From contig CAZUVH010000001.1 of assembly GCA_964623775.1 (NCBI GenBank), positions 40,790 through 104,789 on the forward strand: a DNA stretch of 64,000 nt, read 5' to 3'. A model generated the notes under the pieces. It ran no database searches, was not told where the DNA came from, and saw only the letters and a list, made by a program, of their open reading frames with translations. Every line of letters starts with the position of its first letter. Position 1 is the first letter of the stretch. This document shows positions 9,158 to 17,424 of the stretch, one piece after another. The translations under genes were made by a program, and so were the position numbers. The DNA is from an uncultured Candidatus Saccharibacteria bacterium (lineage in GTDB: Bacteria > Patescibacteriota > Minisyncoccia > Phycocordibacterales > UBA2100).

Positions 9158-9694
9158 ATGAATCTCTGGCACGGTGTACCACTCGGCGAAAAAGCCCCCG
9201 AAGAATTCCATGTAATTATCGAGATCCCGAAAGGCTCACACAATAAATACGAAATCGACAAAGACACGGGTCTTATCAAGCTCGACCGTGCAAATTTCAA
9301 CGCCGCAGCGTACCCATTTGATTACGGATTCGCACCACAAACACTCTGGGAAGACGGCGACGCACTCGATGTCATCGTCCTGACGACCTACCCCCTCAGT
9401 GTGGGTGTCCTCGTATCAGTCCGCCCGGTCGCTATCATGGAGATGACGGATTCCGGCGAGTCGGATCACAAAATCATCGCAGTTCCGACCGAAGACTATC
9501 GCTGGGACGATGTGCAGGATCTCAAAGATCTCAACAAGCACAATCTTAAGGAGTATCAGCACTTCTTTGAAACGATCAAGCAGCTGAAGAAAAAGCCTGC
9601 CGTTGTTACGATCCATGGCTACAAAGGCAAGAAGGAGGCTCTTGCCGCCGTCGAGAAATCGATCGAGCTCTATAAAAAGAAGTTCAAGGCGTAG
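9158..9694 (+). CDS. ppa: inorganic pyrophosphatase (family I)
   Basis: 178 aa. Conserved DALDVIVL and DHKIIAVP blocks of family I PPase. Confidence 0.9.
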   Translation: MNLWHGVPLGEKAPEEFHVIIEIPKGSHNKYEIDKDTGLIKLDRANFNAAAYPFDYGFAPQTLWEDGDALDVIVLTTYPLSVGVLVSVRPVAIMEMTDSGESDHKIIAVPTEDYRWDDVQDLKDLNKHNLKEYQHFFETIKQLKKKPAVVTIHGYKGKKEALAAVEKSIELYKKKFKA

Positions 9695-9760
9695 CTCTCG
9701 TCTGGTTGTCCACTCCTCTCTTTGCGACACACCTCCTATGGGGTGTTCTATACTACGCAT

Positions 9761-9949
9761 ATGCCACCTCAGACTCCCCCACCGCATAATCCTCAAAAAG
9801 AATCCGCTGGCCCGATCATCGGCGCGCTCATTATCGTGGTTCTCCTCATCGTCGGAGGATTGTATTTCTGGAGCGCACGATTGAGTCAGCAGAATATGCA
9901 GCAAGAAAATCTCCCCCTTATCGTCGGCGACGTGTCGGTCAATCCGTAA
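9761..9949 (+). CDS. small membrane protein, hypothetical
   Basis: Internal ATG giving MPPQTPPPHNPQ... plus a TM helix. The track ORF starts at a TTG. Confidence 0.3.
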   Translation: MPPQTPPPHNPQKESAGPIIGALIIVVLLIVGGLYFWSARLSQQNMQQENLPLIVGDVSVNP

Positions 9950-10073
9950 TACGTGCTTTTGGGCTCAAAGTGTGGTAAAAGTTATCGATAAATCGATAAC
10001 TTTGCTTGGCTTGTGTCGCTCGGAAGCGAAAGTAAACTTTCTCTTCCCTCGCTATCCTCGCAAGATAAAAAAC

Positions 10074-11165
10074 ATGATGACCGAACACCACAATCACGTG
10101 CATGGCGCACAAAACGTCAAAGTGACGCGCAATACCGATACCTGGGAAGTTGAGCTCAAGGCGGAGATCTCCGCTGAAGCACTCGCAGGATATCGCACCG
10201 AGGCGCTCAAGGAGATTCAGAGCACCGCCAAACTCGACGGCTTCCGCCCCGGCAAGGCCCCGGCCGATCGCATCATTGCCGTCTACGGCGAAGCGGCGAT
10301 CATGCGCGAAGCTGCTGAGCACGCTGTGCAGCACGAATTGCCCGAACTCCTCGCCAAGGAGAAGCTCATGATTATCGAATCCCCCCGCGTGGAGATCGCA
10401 TCTCCAGAGGCAGGCAAGCCGCTCGCCTTTACCGCTCGCGCACCGCTCGCGCCCGAAGTCACGCTCCCCGATTACAAAAAAATCGCCTCCAAGCACAACG
10501 CCAAAAAAGAGGAAATCACTATTTCAGACAAGGAGCACCAGGATGCCCTCATCCACTTGCGACGCGAGCGCGCCCGTATCGACAAAGTAGAATCCGGTAC
10601 AGATGCGCAGAAGGCATCCGAAGAGTCTCGCGCGATGAAAGAGGATGAACTGCCGGCACTCGACGATGAATTTTCAAAATCAATCGGCTACGAGAGCGCT
10701 GCTCATTTTACCGACACCATCCGCGTGAACATGCGAGAGGAAAAGGCGCGGCAGGCGATCGAGAAGCGTCGCACCATGATCCTCGACGATCTCATCAAGG
10801 AATCCCGCATTTCGTATCCGGCGATCCTTCGCGAATACGAGCTCAACGAGATGGAGGGCCGCATGAAGGATGACCTCGAGCGCATGGGCACCACCTTTGA
10901 AGCATATTTGAATCAGACAAAGAAGACGCACGAGCAAATCCGCGCAGATTGGAAAGACGCTGCAGACAAGCGCGCCCGCATGCGCCTCATCCTCGCGGAA
11001 ATTTCCCGCGCCGAAAAGATCGAGCCGAGCCGCGAAATGATTGATCAAGAAGTCGCTCATGCCAAAGAGCACTACAAAAATGCTGACGAAGGCGTCTTGC
11101 GCACCCACATCCAGCACGCGATGAAAAACGAAGCCGTGCTCAAATTCCTCGAGGCGCAAGAATAA
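10074..11165 (+). CDS. tig: trigger factor (short form, apparently lacking the PPIase domain)
   Basis: The conserved ribosome-binding signature GFRPGKAP sits in the N-domain, and the C-terminal arm domain is present. About 360 aa from the MMTEHH start. The track ORF begins earlier, at 9972. Confidence 0.8.
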   Translation: MMTEHHNHVHGAQNVKVTRNTDTWEVELKAEISAEALAGYRTEALKEIQSTAKLDGFRPGKAPADRIIAVYGEAAIMREAAEHAVQHELPELLAKEKLMIIESPRVEIASPEAGKPLAFTARAPLAPEVTLPDYKKIASKHNAKKEEITISDKEHQDALIHLRRERARIDKVESGTDAQKASEESRAMKEDELPALDDEFSKSIGYESAAHFTDTIRVNMREEKARQAIEKRRTMILDDLIKESRISYPAILREYELNEMEGRMKDDLERMGTTFEAYLNQTKKTHEQIRADWKDAADKRARMRLILAEISRAEKIEPSREMIDQEVAHAKEHYKNADEGVLRTHIQHAMKNEAVLKFLEAQE

Positions 11166-11196
11166 ATTCAACGCCGCACGTCTCCCGTACCTATCT

Positions 11197-11240
11197 TAAC
11201 CGGTCGGTTAAGATAGGTACCGATTCCAAGTTTGCTATTT
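11197..11240 (+). terminator. long perfect inverted repeat gtacctatcttaacc-GGTC-ggttaagataggtac followed by a T-rich tract
   Basis: 15-bp perfect stem just after the tig stop. Likely the tig terminator, though it could also serve as a protein-binding palindrome. Confidence 0.55.
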
Positions 11241-11284
11241 ATTTAATATCGTTGTAGAGTATTGACCGGAAAGGATTCGGTCAC

Positions 11285-11455
11285 ATGAGTGAATCGCGTC
11301 GCACTGAGGTCATCGCACGTACGGAGACTATGAAACGAGCGCTCAAGCTCGATCAAAAGACGCTCGCGGAGCTGGGTAAATTGTCTCTCCTGGGGCAAAT
11401 GTGCTTTCTCGCACTCATGCACGAAATGCGAAACGATTCAGACACAATCCACTGA
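11285..11455 (+). CDS. small protein (56 aa) MSESRRTEVIARTETMKRALKLDQKTLAELGKL..., hypothetical
   Basis: Below the ORF-track size cutoff. AAAGGA lies 10 nt upstream. Immediately followed by a perfect terminator, gggctcccgatcgggagccc + TTTT, at 11463-11488. Confidence 0.3.
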   Translation: MSESRRTEVIARTETMKRALKLDQKTLAELGKLSLLGQMCFLALMHEMRNDSDTIH

Positions 11456-11462
11456 TGTTTAA

Positions 11463-11488
11463 GGGCTCCCGATCGGGAGCCCTTTTGA
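11463..11488 (+). terminator. intrinsic terminator gggctccc-GATC-gggagccc + TTTT
   Basis: Perfect 8-bp stem with a T-run. Confidence 0.55.
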
Positions 11489-11497
11489 TTTTGAAAA

Positions 11498-11818
11498 TCA
11501 AAGCTCTGGGGCGCGCAACCCCTTCTCTTTCATATCAAGGCGCTCGGCCATTCCAGTCAAAACCGCTTCTTCAATTGTTTTATTCATATCTTCAGGCGAA
11601 ATATCCTCCGATTGCTTGAGTTTGCGATGCAGCCGATTCGCAACCAGATTGGATATGAGCCCAATCTCTTTATCATTCAAAGACTCGCCCTCTAAGAGAA
11701 GTCCCGAGGTATCAATAAATTGCTTTACCTGGCCCTCCATAGCTTGCATCTTTGCGGGATTCGTCGCGCGTAACTCCATCGCGTAATTTGCATGCTCTCC
11801 CTCCAAATGTTCGTTCAT
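11498..11818 (-). CDS. hypothetical protein (~106 aa, MNEHLEGEHANYAMELRATNPAK...)
   Basis: C-terminal two-fifths of track ORF 11498..12199. The Arg-rich N-terminal part of that ORF overlaps the better-supported small gene 11875..12081 and is probably not coding. Confidence 0.35.
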   Translation of the reverse strand: MNEHLEGEHANYAMELRATNPAKMQAMEGQVKQFIDTSGLLLEGESLNDKEIGLISNLVANRLHRKLKQSEDISPEDMNKTIEEAVLTGMAERLDMKEKGLRAPEL

Positions 11819-11874
11819 ATATTCGAGATTTGCTTGTATTGGGATAATAGTACTCCAATCAATCCAAAAGAAAA

Positions 11875-12081
11875 CTACCCCTTGGATTGCTCCTCGGAGT
11901 AGTGGGTGGGACCCATGTCGTCGACATAGTCGCCCGACATGGAATCGCCGTAGTAGGCGGTGTCGTCGAGCCCGCGCATCTCGTCGGCGCATCCGAGATA
12001 GTAGAGCACCGAAGCGAGTAGCGCCGCCGAAGTGACGACGCCGAAGACGAAACCGCCCGAAAAGATCAGAAACTTTTTCAT
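11875..12081 (-). CDS. small secreted/lipoprotein-like protein (68 aa), cassette A of a four-gene array
   Basis: GGAGG ribosome-binding site 5 nt upstream. N-terminal signal-like MKKFLIFSGGFVFGVVTSAALLASVLYYLGC. Preceded by conserved leader element A. Confidence 0.5.
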   Translation of the reverse strand: MKKFLIFSGGFVFGVVTSAALLASVLYYLGCADEMRGLDDTAYYGDSMSGDYVDDMGPTHYSEEQSKG

Positions 12082-12094
12082 GCGCCCCTCCAGG

Positions 12095-12133
12095 CTCTAT
12101 CAACCCACGAACCATTTCATGAGCTGAATAAAG
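12095..12133 (-). promoter_or_regulatory. conserved ~38-bp upstream element, copy A (minus-strand sense CTTTATTCAGCTCATGAAATGGTTCGTGGGTTGATAGAG)
   Basis: One of four near-identical copies (A 12095-12133, B ~12999-13035, C 13481-13519, D 13743-13779). Each ends 10-22 nt upstream of a minus-strand start codon. Each is preceded (on the RNA) by a hairpin that overlaps the stop of the previous gene. Confidence 0.6.
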
Positions 12134-12153
12134 GGGCGGATAGATATCCGCCC
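12133..12153 (-). terminator. hairpin ggggcggata-ga-tatccgcccc adjoining leader copy A
   Basis: Perfect stem seen in the sequence, at the end of the upstream minus-strand unit. Confidence 0.45.
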
Positions 12154-12422
12154 TAGTAGTCGTAGCAGGAGCGGCAATGTTGTCGCTCGGCCCGCGCAAT
12201 TATCTTGCGGTTATCGCGCGGAATGCGCCGTAAAGGTTTCCCTTTGACCTGCTTAATTCGTCCGCCACCGCCATACAGGCCATAGCGCAACGGCACGTCA
12301 TACAGACCGCCGCGGTGGCGGACTTGGTGAGAGCAATAATGCGCCATAGTTCCCCCTGTGTTGGCGATTACGTAAAACGAAGTTGCGGCTGCGTGATCCT
12401 GTTTTGTAGCGGCTATCAACAC
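12153..12422 (-). CDS. questionable small basic ORF (..RYGLYGGGGRIKQVKGKPLRRIPRDNRKIIARAERQHCRSCYDY)
   Basis: Track ORF only. Low-complexity and basic. Included because it occupies the gap between cassettes A and B. It may instead be non-coding. Confidence 0.15.
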   Translation of the reverse strand: MLIAATKQDHAAATSFYVIANTGGTMAHYCSHQVRHRGGLYDVPLRYGLYGGGGRIKQVKGKPLRRIPRDNRKIIARAERQHCRSCYDY

Positions 12423-12715
12423 CGCACATGCGCGATTCCTCGCGCATTTTCCTGGGACGAACCCCGGAAGTAGACAGGATCACGCAGTTTGTCCGCTTAC
12501 ATTGCTCGTCGACTTTGAGCAACGCTGTAACCCTCGGCAAAGGTCACAGTAGTTTTGGAAGAGTGCACGGTGATTTTTTCAGCACATGTGTTGATGCGCC
12601 GCAGTGTCCTTTGATTGCACATCCTGTAAGTACAGGGCACAAAGTCTTTGCCTGCCTTAGCAAAGCTGGACACGGGGAGGAGAAGCACCCCAAACACTCC
12701 ATCACCATTCTCTGC

Positions 12716-12976
12716 CTACGAGGAACTATCGGTCCCCGGAACTGGTTGCGCATTGCCGTGCGCTATCTGTAAAAGAACGATCTCTGTTAGCTCACGAAAG
12801 ATTCCCGAGCTAAATAGAGTCCTCGAAGATTCGTCGCCGAGTTTCTTCGAAGAGTTTTTCCCTTTGCGGGAATAGCGCTTTTTGTTGAGCACCACGCGGT
12901 GGTGGTAGCGGTTGTCAGCGAGCATACGCGCCGCCTCACTGCGGGGTTTCGGAAGCTGGATGACAATCTGCTTCAT
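12716..12976 (-). CDS. small basic protein (MKQIVIQLPKPRSEAARMLADNRYHHRVVLNKKRYSRKGK...), cassette B
   Basis: ATG at 12976 sits 22 nt after leader copy B, with an AGGAAA ribosome-binding site. The track ORF 12716..13003 starts slightly upstream. The C-terminal half is of doubtful coding quality. Confidence 0.35.
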   Translation of the reverse strand: MKQIVIQLPKPRSEAARMLADNRYHHRVVLNKKRYSRKGKNSSKKLGDESSRTLFSSGIFRELTEIVLLQIAHGNAQPVPGTDSSS

Positions 12977-12998
12977 GTGTTTTCCTTTCAAACAAAAT

Positions 12999-13035
12999 CT
13001 CAATCAGCCAACGACCATTCGCGGACTGAATAAAG
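12999..13035 (-). promoter_or_regulatory. conserved upstream element copy B (CTTTATTCAGTCCGCGAATGGTCGTTGGCTGATTGAG)
   Basis: See copy A. Copies B and D share the variant ..GCGAATGGTCGT.. Confidence 0.55.
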
Positions 13036-13468
13036 CGGGCGACGATGTGTCACCCATAGGAACTTCAACGAAGCCGGCGTGCCGGAACACCTGGACCTTT
13101 TTCACGGACCCGTCTTTCTGCATTTCATCCACGCTTTCGCGCTTCGAGAATGCATACAGAATTTTGATGTTGCGCGCACGGAGTGCGGCTTCGAGCGGCG
13201 CCATGAAGAAGGGCGCGCCGCCGATCATCACGGTGTCGTACTTGTCATACGCTACCATCTGCGCCAGCGCTTCTGCCTTTGCACGCAGCTCTTTTGCGAT
13301 GGGCAATTGCTCGAATGTGATGAGCGCTTGCACCAGCTCTTTGTCGGCCGGCTCCACTACACCAGCTGCAATTTGGTCCGCGGTCGCCACGTGCTGCGTG
13401 AGGTTGAGGATTTTCATCCGCTTGCCCTTTCTTTCGATTACTGATTCGATTGCGCCTTCAGATTTCAT
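13004..13468 (-). CDS. hypothetical protein (154 aa), cassette C
   Basis: ATG at 13468 sits 12 nt after leader copy C (GGGGCGGG ribosome-binding site). Motif MKILNLTQHVATADQIAAGVVEP. Probably a soluble alpha/beta protein. No confident family. Confidence 0.5.
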   Translation of the reverse strand: MKSEGAIESVIERKGKRMKILNLTQHVATADQIAAGVVEPADKELVQALITFEQLPIAKELRAKAEALAQMVAYDKYDTVMIGGAPFFMAPLEAALRARNIKILYAFSKRESVDEMQKDGSVKKVQVFRHAGFVEVPMGDTSSPALFSPRMVVG

Positions 13469-13480
13469 TTCCCGCCCCTA

Positions 13481-13519
13481 CTCTATCAACTCACGAGCCA
13501 TTTCATGAGCTGAATAAAG
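13481..13519 (-). promoter_or_regulatory. conserved upstream element copy C (CTTTATTCAGCTCATGAAATGGCTCGTGAGTTGATAGAG)
   Basis: Differs from copy A at 2 of 39 positions. Followed on the plus strand by the hairpin agatcgag-N15-ctcgatct at 13519-13549, which overlaps the stop of cassette D. Confidence 0.6.
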
Positions 13520-13548
13520 AGATCGAGAAACGCATGCGCCCCTCGATC

Positions 13549-13731
13549 TTAATGATTGGCCGGATGTTCGACGATGTAATCGATGATCGCCCACTGATCG
13601 ACCCGGCCCCAGTCCTTGCGGTCTTCGACCGCCTTCGCGTATCCCGCATATGCACGCGGATTCCGCTTGCGGAGATCCTTGACGAACGCGAGCTCGTCCT
13701 TGGTCTCCCAATAAACCTTCTGCTCGACCAT
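13549..13731 (-). CDS. small protein (60 aa, MVEQKVYWETKDELAFVKDLRKRNPRAYAGYAKAVEDRKDWGRVDQWAIIDYIVEHPANH), cassette D
   Basis: ATG sits 10 nt after leader copy D, with a GAGG ribosome-binding site. Stop overlaps the downstream hairpin. Confidence 0.45.
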   Translation of the reverse strand: MVEQKVYWETKDELAFVKDLRKRNPRAYAGYAKAVEDRKDWGRVDQWAIIDYIVEHPANH

Positions 13732-13742
13732 GACGGACCTCC

Positions 13743-13779
13743 TCTATCAACTCACGACCATTCGCAAGCTGAATAAAGT
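13743..13779 (-). promoter_or_regulatory. conserved upstream element copy D (CTTTATTCAGCTTGCGAATGGTCGTGAGTTGATAGAG)
   Basis: Preceded at 13779-13806 by the hairpin gtgcggag-N12-ctccgcac. Confidence 0.55.
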
Positions 13780-14790
13780 GCGGAGTATTTTTTGAGCCTC
13801 CGCACACTCAAGTTTTTTTCGAGAACCACTCGGCCATGCTTTTACACCGGAGCTTTTCATGTCTACTCTTTCGGCTCATCGCCGCTGTAGATCATTCAAA
13901 CCGGCAACCTCGGTCGAGGTGATTTCCCTGAAGTTGCGCTACCGACGCAGAGCTTCTCGAGCGTCTTTTAGAGTACGGTAGACGACACCGTTAATTACGT
14001 AATAGGTCATGAAGACACCCACCACGTCGCCGACATTCACGTCGACTTCCTCGCTCCCCCAGCCGCGAGGCCTGACTGTGCCACCAAAGCAGCAAAAAAT
14101 TGCAGGAGTTGTGCGTGGTTAGTGCACTTTTATTTAGTGGGACCAACCTCCCACTGAACCGGCTACTCCAAGCCGCACCTCTCCACGACCGGTCGCGAAG
14201 AGGATTACGATGAGGCCATCGTTTTACCGTGACCCCTCCTCCCTCACCTTACGGCGAAGGCCCTCTCAGCAGTCGTTCGCTGCTGCCTGAGCACCCTCAT
14301 CTTGGGGTGGCCAGGTACATTCTTGGAATCCTTTCAGATCCCTTCGCCCGACACCAGGTGCGATTGATCACCAAATAGTTATGATTGCGCTATAAAGCGC
14401 GTAAATTATTAATTGGTGATGTCAGCTGTTGATGTCGGGGCAAGGAATTACGAGTTTGCCCTGCGCCCGCCACCCCACCATGCTTTAAATGGGGTGGGAG
14501 GCGCAGGGCACCTCGCCGTGCCCGTCATCGCTTTCGCGATGGAGGGCTTTTTTGGACCATACAGCCTATTCCGAGGCCGTATGGGTTGAATACCTTTGAT
14601 TGGCTATGGGGTGTGTCAAAGATCAGAAGTCAGCTCGTACTGACAGCGGGAGTATACACATTTGAATCGATTTGTCAAGTATTTGTGACACTTTACATTC
14701 TATACCCAAAAAAGCTCTATAAATGAGCGGTTTGTAAGGCTTTGATTAGTCAGTCCTGTATGTCATTTTTGCCTTGTAAAATAACCACAT

Positions 14791-14819
14791 TTGACAACCT
14801 TCAGTGACCGGTATATAAT
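14791..14819 (+). promoter_or_regulatory. perfect consensus sigma70-type promoter TTGACA-N17-TATAAT
   Basis: ttgaca at 14791-14796 and tataat at 14814-14819 with a 17-nt spacer, read directly from the sequence. No ORF of 60 aa or more lies downstream. The transcript would start near 14826. Confidence 0.6.
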
Positions 14820-14825
14820 GTCCAT

Positions 14826-15075
14826 AGTGCTGAAGGAGGCACTCGGGTACTTCCCGGGCCCGCAACTTCGGGTTTCATGTGCAAAAGGGAGAATCTCGTG
14901 ATTCTCACACGTGGTGACGGCGGCGGCGCATAACCGACTGTCGTGAAAAGAGATGGAAAGTGATGTGTGAAGTTTGAGTCCGGCATCATTTCGGGTTCGG
15001 GATTGTCACATGTCCTTTCCCCAACAGGGCGGCTCTGCGAGAAGCAGAGCCGCCCACAACTTTATCTTTTTTGCT
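14826..15075 (+). ncRNA. candidate small RNA (or tiny-peptide transcript), unassigned
   Basis: ~240-nt unit bounded by the consensus promoter and the intrinsic terminator gggcggctctgc-gaga-gcagagccgccc + T-run at 15028-15075. Contains AAGGAGG with no usable start after it. Only 11-18-codon ORFs (MILTRGDGGGA, MCKRENLVILTRGDGGGA) are present. Several internal GC hairpins. Does not match RNase P, tmRNA, SRP or 5S rRNA signatures by eye. Confidence 0.3.
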
Positions 15076-15856
15076 CGAACTGACCCATTTCCCACAGTAA
15101 AGAGAACAACGTGCTAACACTTTGCGTTATTTCCTTACTTTCTATAGCAACGCCGAACACTTTCCCCTGTAATGCCATAATGGCGACTGTGTTGTTGTAA
15201 ATATAAATATCCGAATGTATCGGCATTCGATCATAGGGGATGAAACGACGCTCTGTAAATTCCACAATGTCGTCGCCGGAAAACGGACCATCCTTGCGCG
15301 TGTAAATAGCTTTGAGGTAAATCCCTTTCGCAGAACGTTTTTGAGCGTGGTCATATCGCTCCTTCTCGGAGTACACATTTGCGAGTGCGTCATGACAATA
15401 AATAAATTTTAATTCAGTGCCACTCGGCAGTGCGAGCAAGCTGTCTCGCATTCGTGCGACACCTTCTTTCCCATCAAAGAATCGTACGATAGGACGCTCG
15501 CCAGCTCCCTCAAACTTTTTTGTGAGTTCGGGAAGGATGGTGGCGAGGTCATTTTCCCTCGATTCAAATTCTCTTTTTTTCGCGTCGAAAATTTTCTTAA
15601 GCAATTCTGGTGATTCGGGGGCAAACATCGTCTTCTTCCCTTCTTCGTAGGTGCTCATGAGGCCCATTTTCATGAGCGACTCGAGCTGCACATAGGTAGT
15701 AGGGCGTTTGATCTTTGCATGCTTCGCGAGCTGATCAGCAGTAGCTTGGCCGATCTCGAGAGCTGCGAGATACACACGCGCTTCTTTTTCCGAGAGACCA
15801 AGATCTTGGAGTTCTTTTAACATCTTCGTATTGTATTGCACAAATGCCTGTATCAA
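15062..15856 (-). CDS. TrmB-family transcriptional regulator (paralog 1)
   Basis: N-terminal wHTH LGLSEKEARVYLAALEIGQATADQLAKHAKIKRPTTYVQLESLMKMGL plus a TrmB-type C-domain. The true start may be the internal Met near 15823. Confidence 0.75.
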   Translation of the reverse strand: MIQAFVQYNTKMLKELQDLGLSEKEARVYLAALEIGQATADQLAKHAKIKRPTTYVQLESLMKMGLMSTYEEGKKTMFAPESPELLKKIFDAKKREFESRENDLATILPELTKKFEGAGERPIVRFFDGKEGVARMRDSLLALPSGTELKFIYCHDALANVYSEKERYDHAQKRSAKGIYLKAIYTRKDGPFSGDDIVEFTERRFIPYDRMPIHSDIYIYNNTVAIMALQGKVFGVAIESKEITQSVSTLFSLLWEMGQFEQKR

Positions 15857-15934
15857 AAATGAATGCTGTTAAAAATTAATTTTAAAAGATTCGGAGGCAC
15901 CACTTTCGTGATACCTCCGTTTGTTGCAACGCGC

Positions 15935-16120
15935 CTACGCGCCGCCACCGTTCTTCTTGCGCGACCTGGCGGCCTTGCTGCCGACGCCGGCGACCGGCGC
16001 GCCGCGCTGGGGCAGGGTCGACTCCTTCTTTCCCTTGCGCCGCTGACGGATAAACCGCTTCGCGGCATTGTTGGAGCACTTGCGCGCGTCCGCCACGAGG
16101 GCGATCGTCTTCGAGTCCAT
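15935..16120 (-). CDS. small basic protein (61 aa, MDSKTIALVADARKCSNNAAKRFIRQRRKGKK...)
   Basis: GGGAGA ribosome-binding site 6 nt upstream of the ATG at 16120. Followed by the hairpin GGAGGUAUCAC-GAAA-GUGGUGCCUCC with a U-tract on the minus strand. Function unknown. Confidence 0.45.
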   Translation of the reverse strand: MDSKTIALVADARKCSNNAAKRFIRQRRKGKKESTLPQRGAPVAGVGSKAARSRKKNGGGA

Positions 16121-16227
16121 GTCAAATCTCCCATTGATGCACCGATCTTGATGCTGGCGAGAGTTTAGCACACTTAAATGCTTTTGTCAAGATCTATTTC
16201 TTGGCTCTATCGCTCGCTTTTTTTGGC

Positions 16228-16614
16228 TTAGTGGAGCGTCTCGTCCTGGTCACGATACGCATCGATTTCAAACCGCTTCACGATATCCTGCGCCAGCATT
16301 TTTAATGTTGCCTCATCATTGAGCGAGATTTTTTCCGGATCGAGGTCTTTCTCTCTCAAAATTTCATGAAAGTAGTGCGCCGGGACATGCTTATCGTCGT
16401 CGCCGGCACCCCATTCCATCATCGCATCTGAATGCTTATAACCTTCTTTTGTCCCGCCCTGACGTTGGATATTGAAAACGATCTCTGCGATCCTGCCTTG
16501 CAACAACATCTCGCGTTTGTATTTTTGCTTATCGAATCCTCCTTCAAATCCCATAGATAACAGTGTATCAGATGTGAAGAAAAATTTGGCCCTCATTGTC
16601 GATCTCTGATACAC
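16228..16614 (-). CDS. hypothetical protein (128 aa)
   Basis: Track ORF with plausible codon usage. No family recognised. Confidence 0.45.
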   Translation of the reverse strand: MYQRSTMRAKFFFTSDTLLSMGFEGGFDKQKYKREMLLQGRIAEIVFNIQRQGGTKEGYKHSDAMMEWGAGDDDKHVPAHYFHEILREKDLDPEKISLNDEATLKMLAQDIVKRFEIDAYRDQDETLH

Positions 16615-16623
16615 TCTTTTTAT

Positions 16624-17214
16624 ATGCAGAACATCAAATCCCAGCTCGTACCAATGGTCGTAGAGAAAACTTCCTTCGGCGAACGCGCATACGATATCTA
16701 TTCGCGACTTCTCAAAGAGCGCATCGTCTTTTTGGGCGGCCCGATCGACAATGAGGTGGCCAATCTCGTCGTCGCACAGCTCCTCTTCCTCGCATCAGAG
16801 GACCCAAAGAAAGACATCTCTTTCTATATCAACTCCCCCGGAGGCATGGTCACGGCCGGCCTTGCGATCCTCGACACCATGAATCATATCCAGCCCAATG
16901 TATCGACCGTCTGTGTGGGCATGGCCGCCTCGATGGGCGCCGTCCTCCTTTCGGCTGGTCAAAAGGGTAAGCGTTTTGCGCTCCCCAATGCCGAGGTGAT
17001 GATCCACCAGCCCTCAGGAGGTGCCGAGGGTATGGCTGCGGATATCGAGATCACAGCCAAGCAAATCCTCAAACTGCGCCAGCGTCTCAATATGATTTTG
17101 GCCAAAAATACCGGCCAAAAGCTCGAAAAAATCGAAAAAGACGTCGATCGCGACTTCTTTATGGATGCCCCGGAGGCCCTCAAGTACGGCATCATCGACA
17201 AGGTTCTCGGGTAG
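16624..17214 (+). CDS. clpP: ATP-dependent Clp protease proteolytic subunit ClpP
   Basis: Conserved catalytic-Ser (SMGA), His and Asp blocks of ClpP. 196 aa. Confidence 0.9.
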   Translation: MQNIKSQLVPMVVEKTSFGERAYDIYSRLLKERIVFLGGPIDNEVANLVVAQLLFLASEDPKKDISFYINSPGGMVTAGLAILDTMNHIQPNVSTVCVGMAASMGAVLLSAGQKGKRFALPNAEVMIHQPSGGAEGMAADIEITAKQILKLRQRLNMILAKNTGQKLEKIEKDVDRDFFMDAPEALKYGIIDKVLG

Positions 17215-17424
17215 AAAACCTCTCACGTACCATCGAAAAGCGCGACACTAGCCACATTGTAAAATTGTGGTACACTCGCCGTGTACACTCTATTAGCTAT
17301 GAATTTCAAATTTTCCAAAACCGCTGGGGGCACCGACATGCAAAAGAAACCCATTCTTAATTTTCCGAATCTGGGGAGTTTTTCGCATTCGTAATCACTC
17401 ACGCGGTGGGAATAACCCACGCGT

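Noticed and set aside
11498-12199. 233-aa minus-strand ORF spanning two smaller genes
   Set aside because: Its Arg-rich N-terminal two-thirds overlaps, in another frame, the small secreted gene 11875..12081, which has a clear RBS and signal peptide. Only the C-terminal ~106 aa (11498..11818) was kept.
11875-13810. Interpretation of the four-cassette array as an integron
   Set aside because: No IntI-type integrase, attI or attC core sites (GTTRRRY) were recognised. The conserved element sits upstream of the ORFs like a promoter or 5' UTR, and is not an imperfect-palindrome attC downstream of them. Kept as a novel cassette-like array instead.
13807-15075. Attempt to assign the ORF-free region to RNase P RNA, tmRNA, SRP RNA, 6S RNA or 5S rRNA
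   Set aside because: I could not find the P4 GGAAAGUCCGG/ACAGAA.CCGGCUUA pair, the tmRNA GGGG...UUCGA..CCACCA ends, the SRP GGAA tetraloop motif or the 5S consensus blocks by eye. Only weak local resemblances were seen. Left as unassigned candidate ncRNA.
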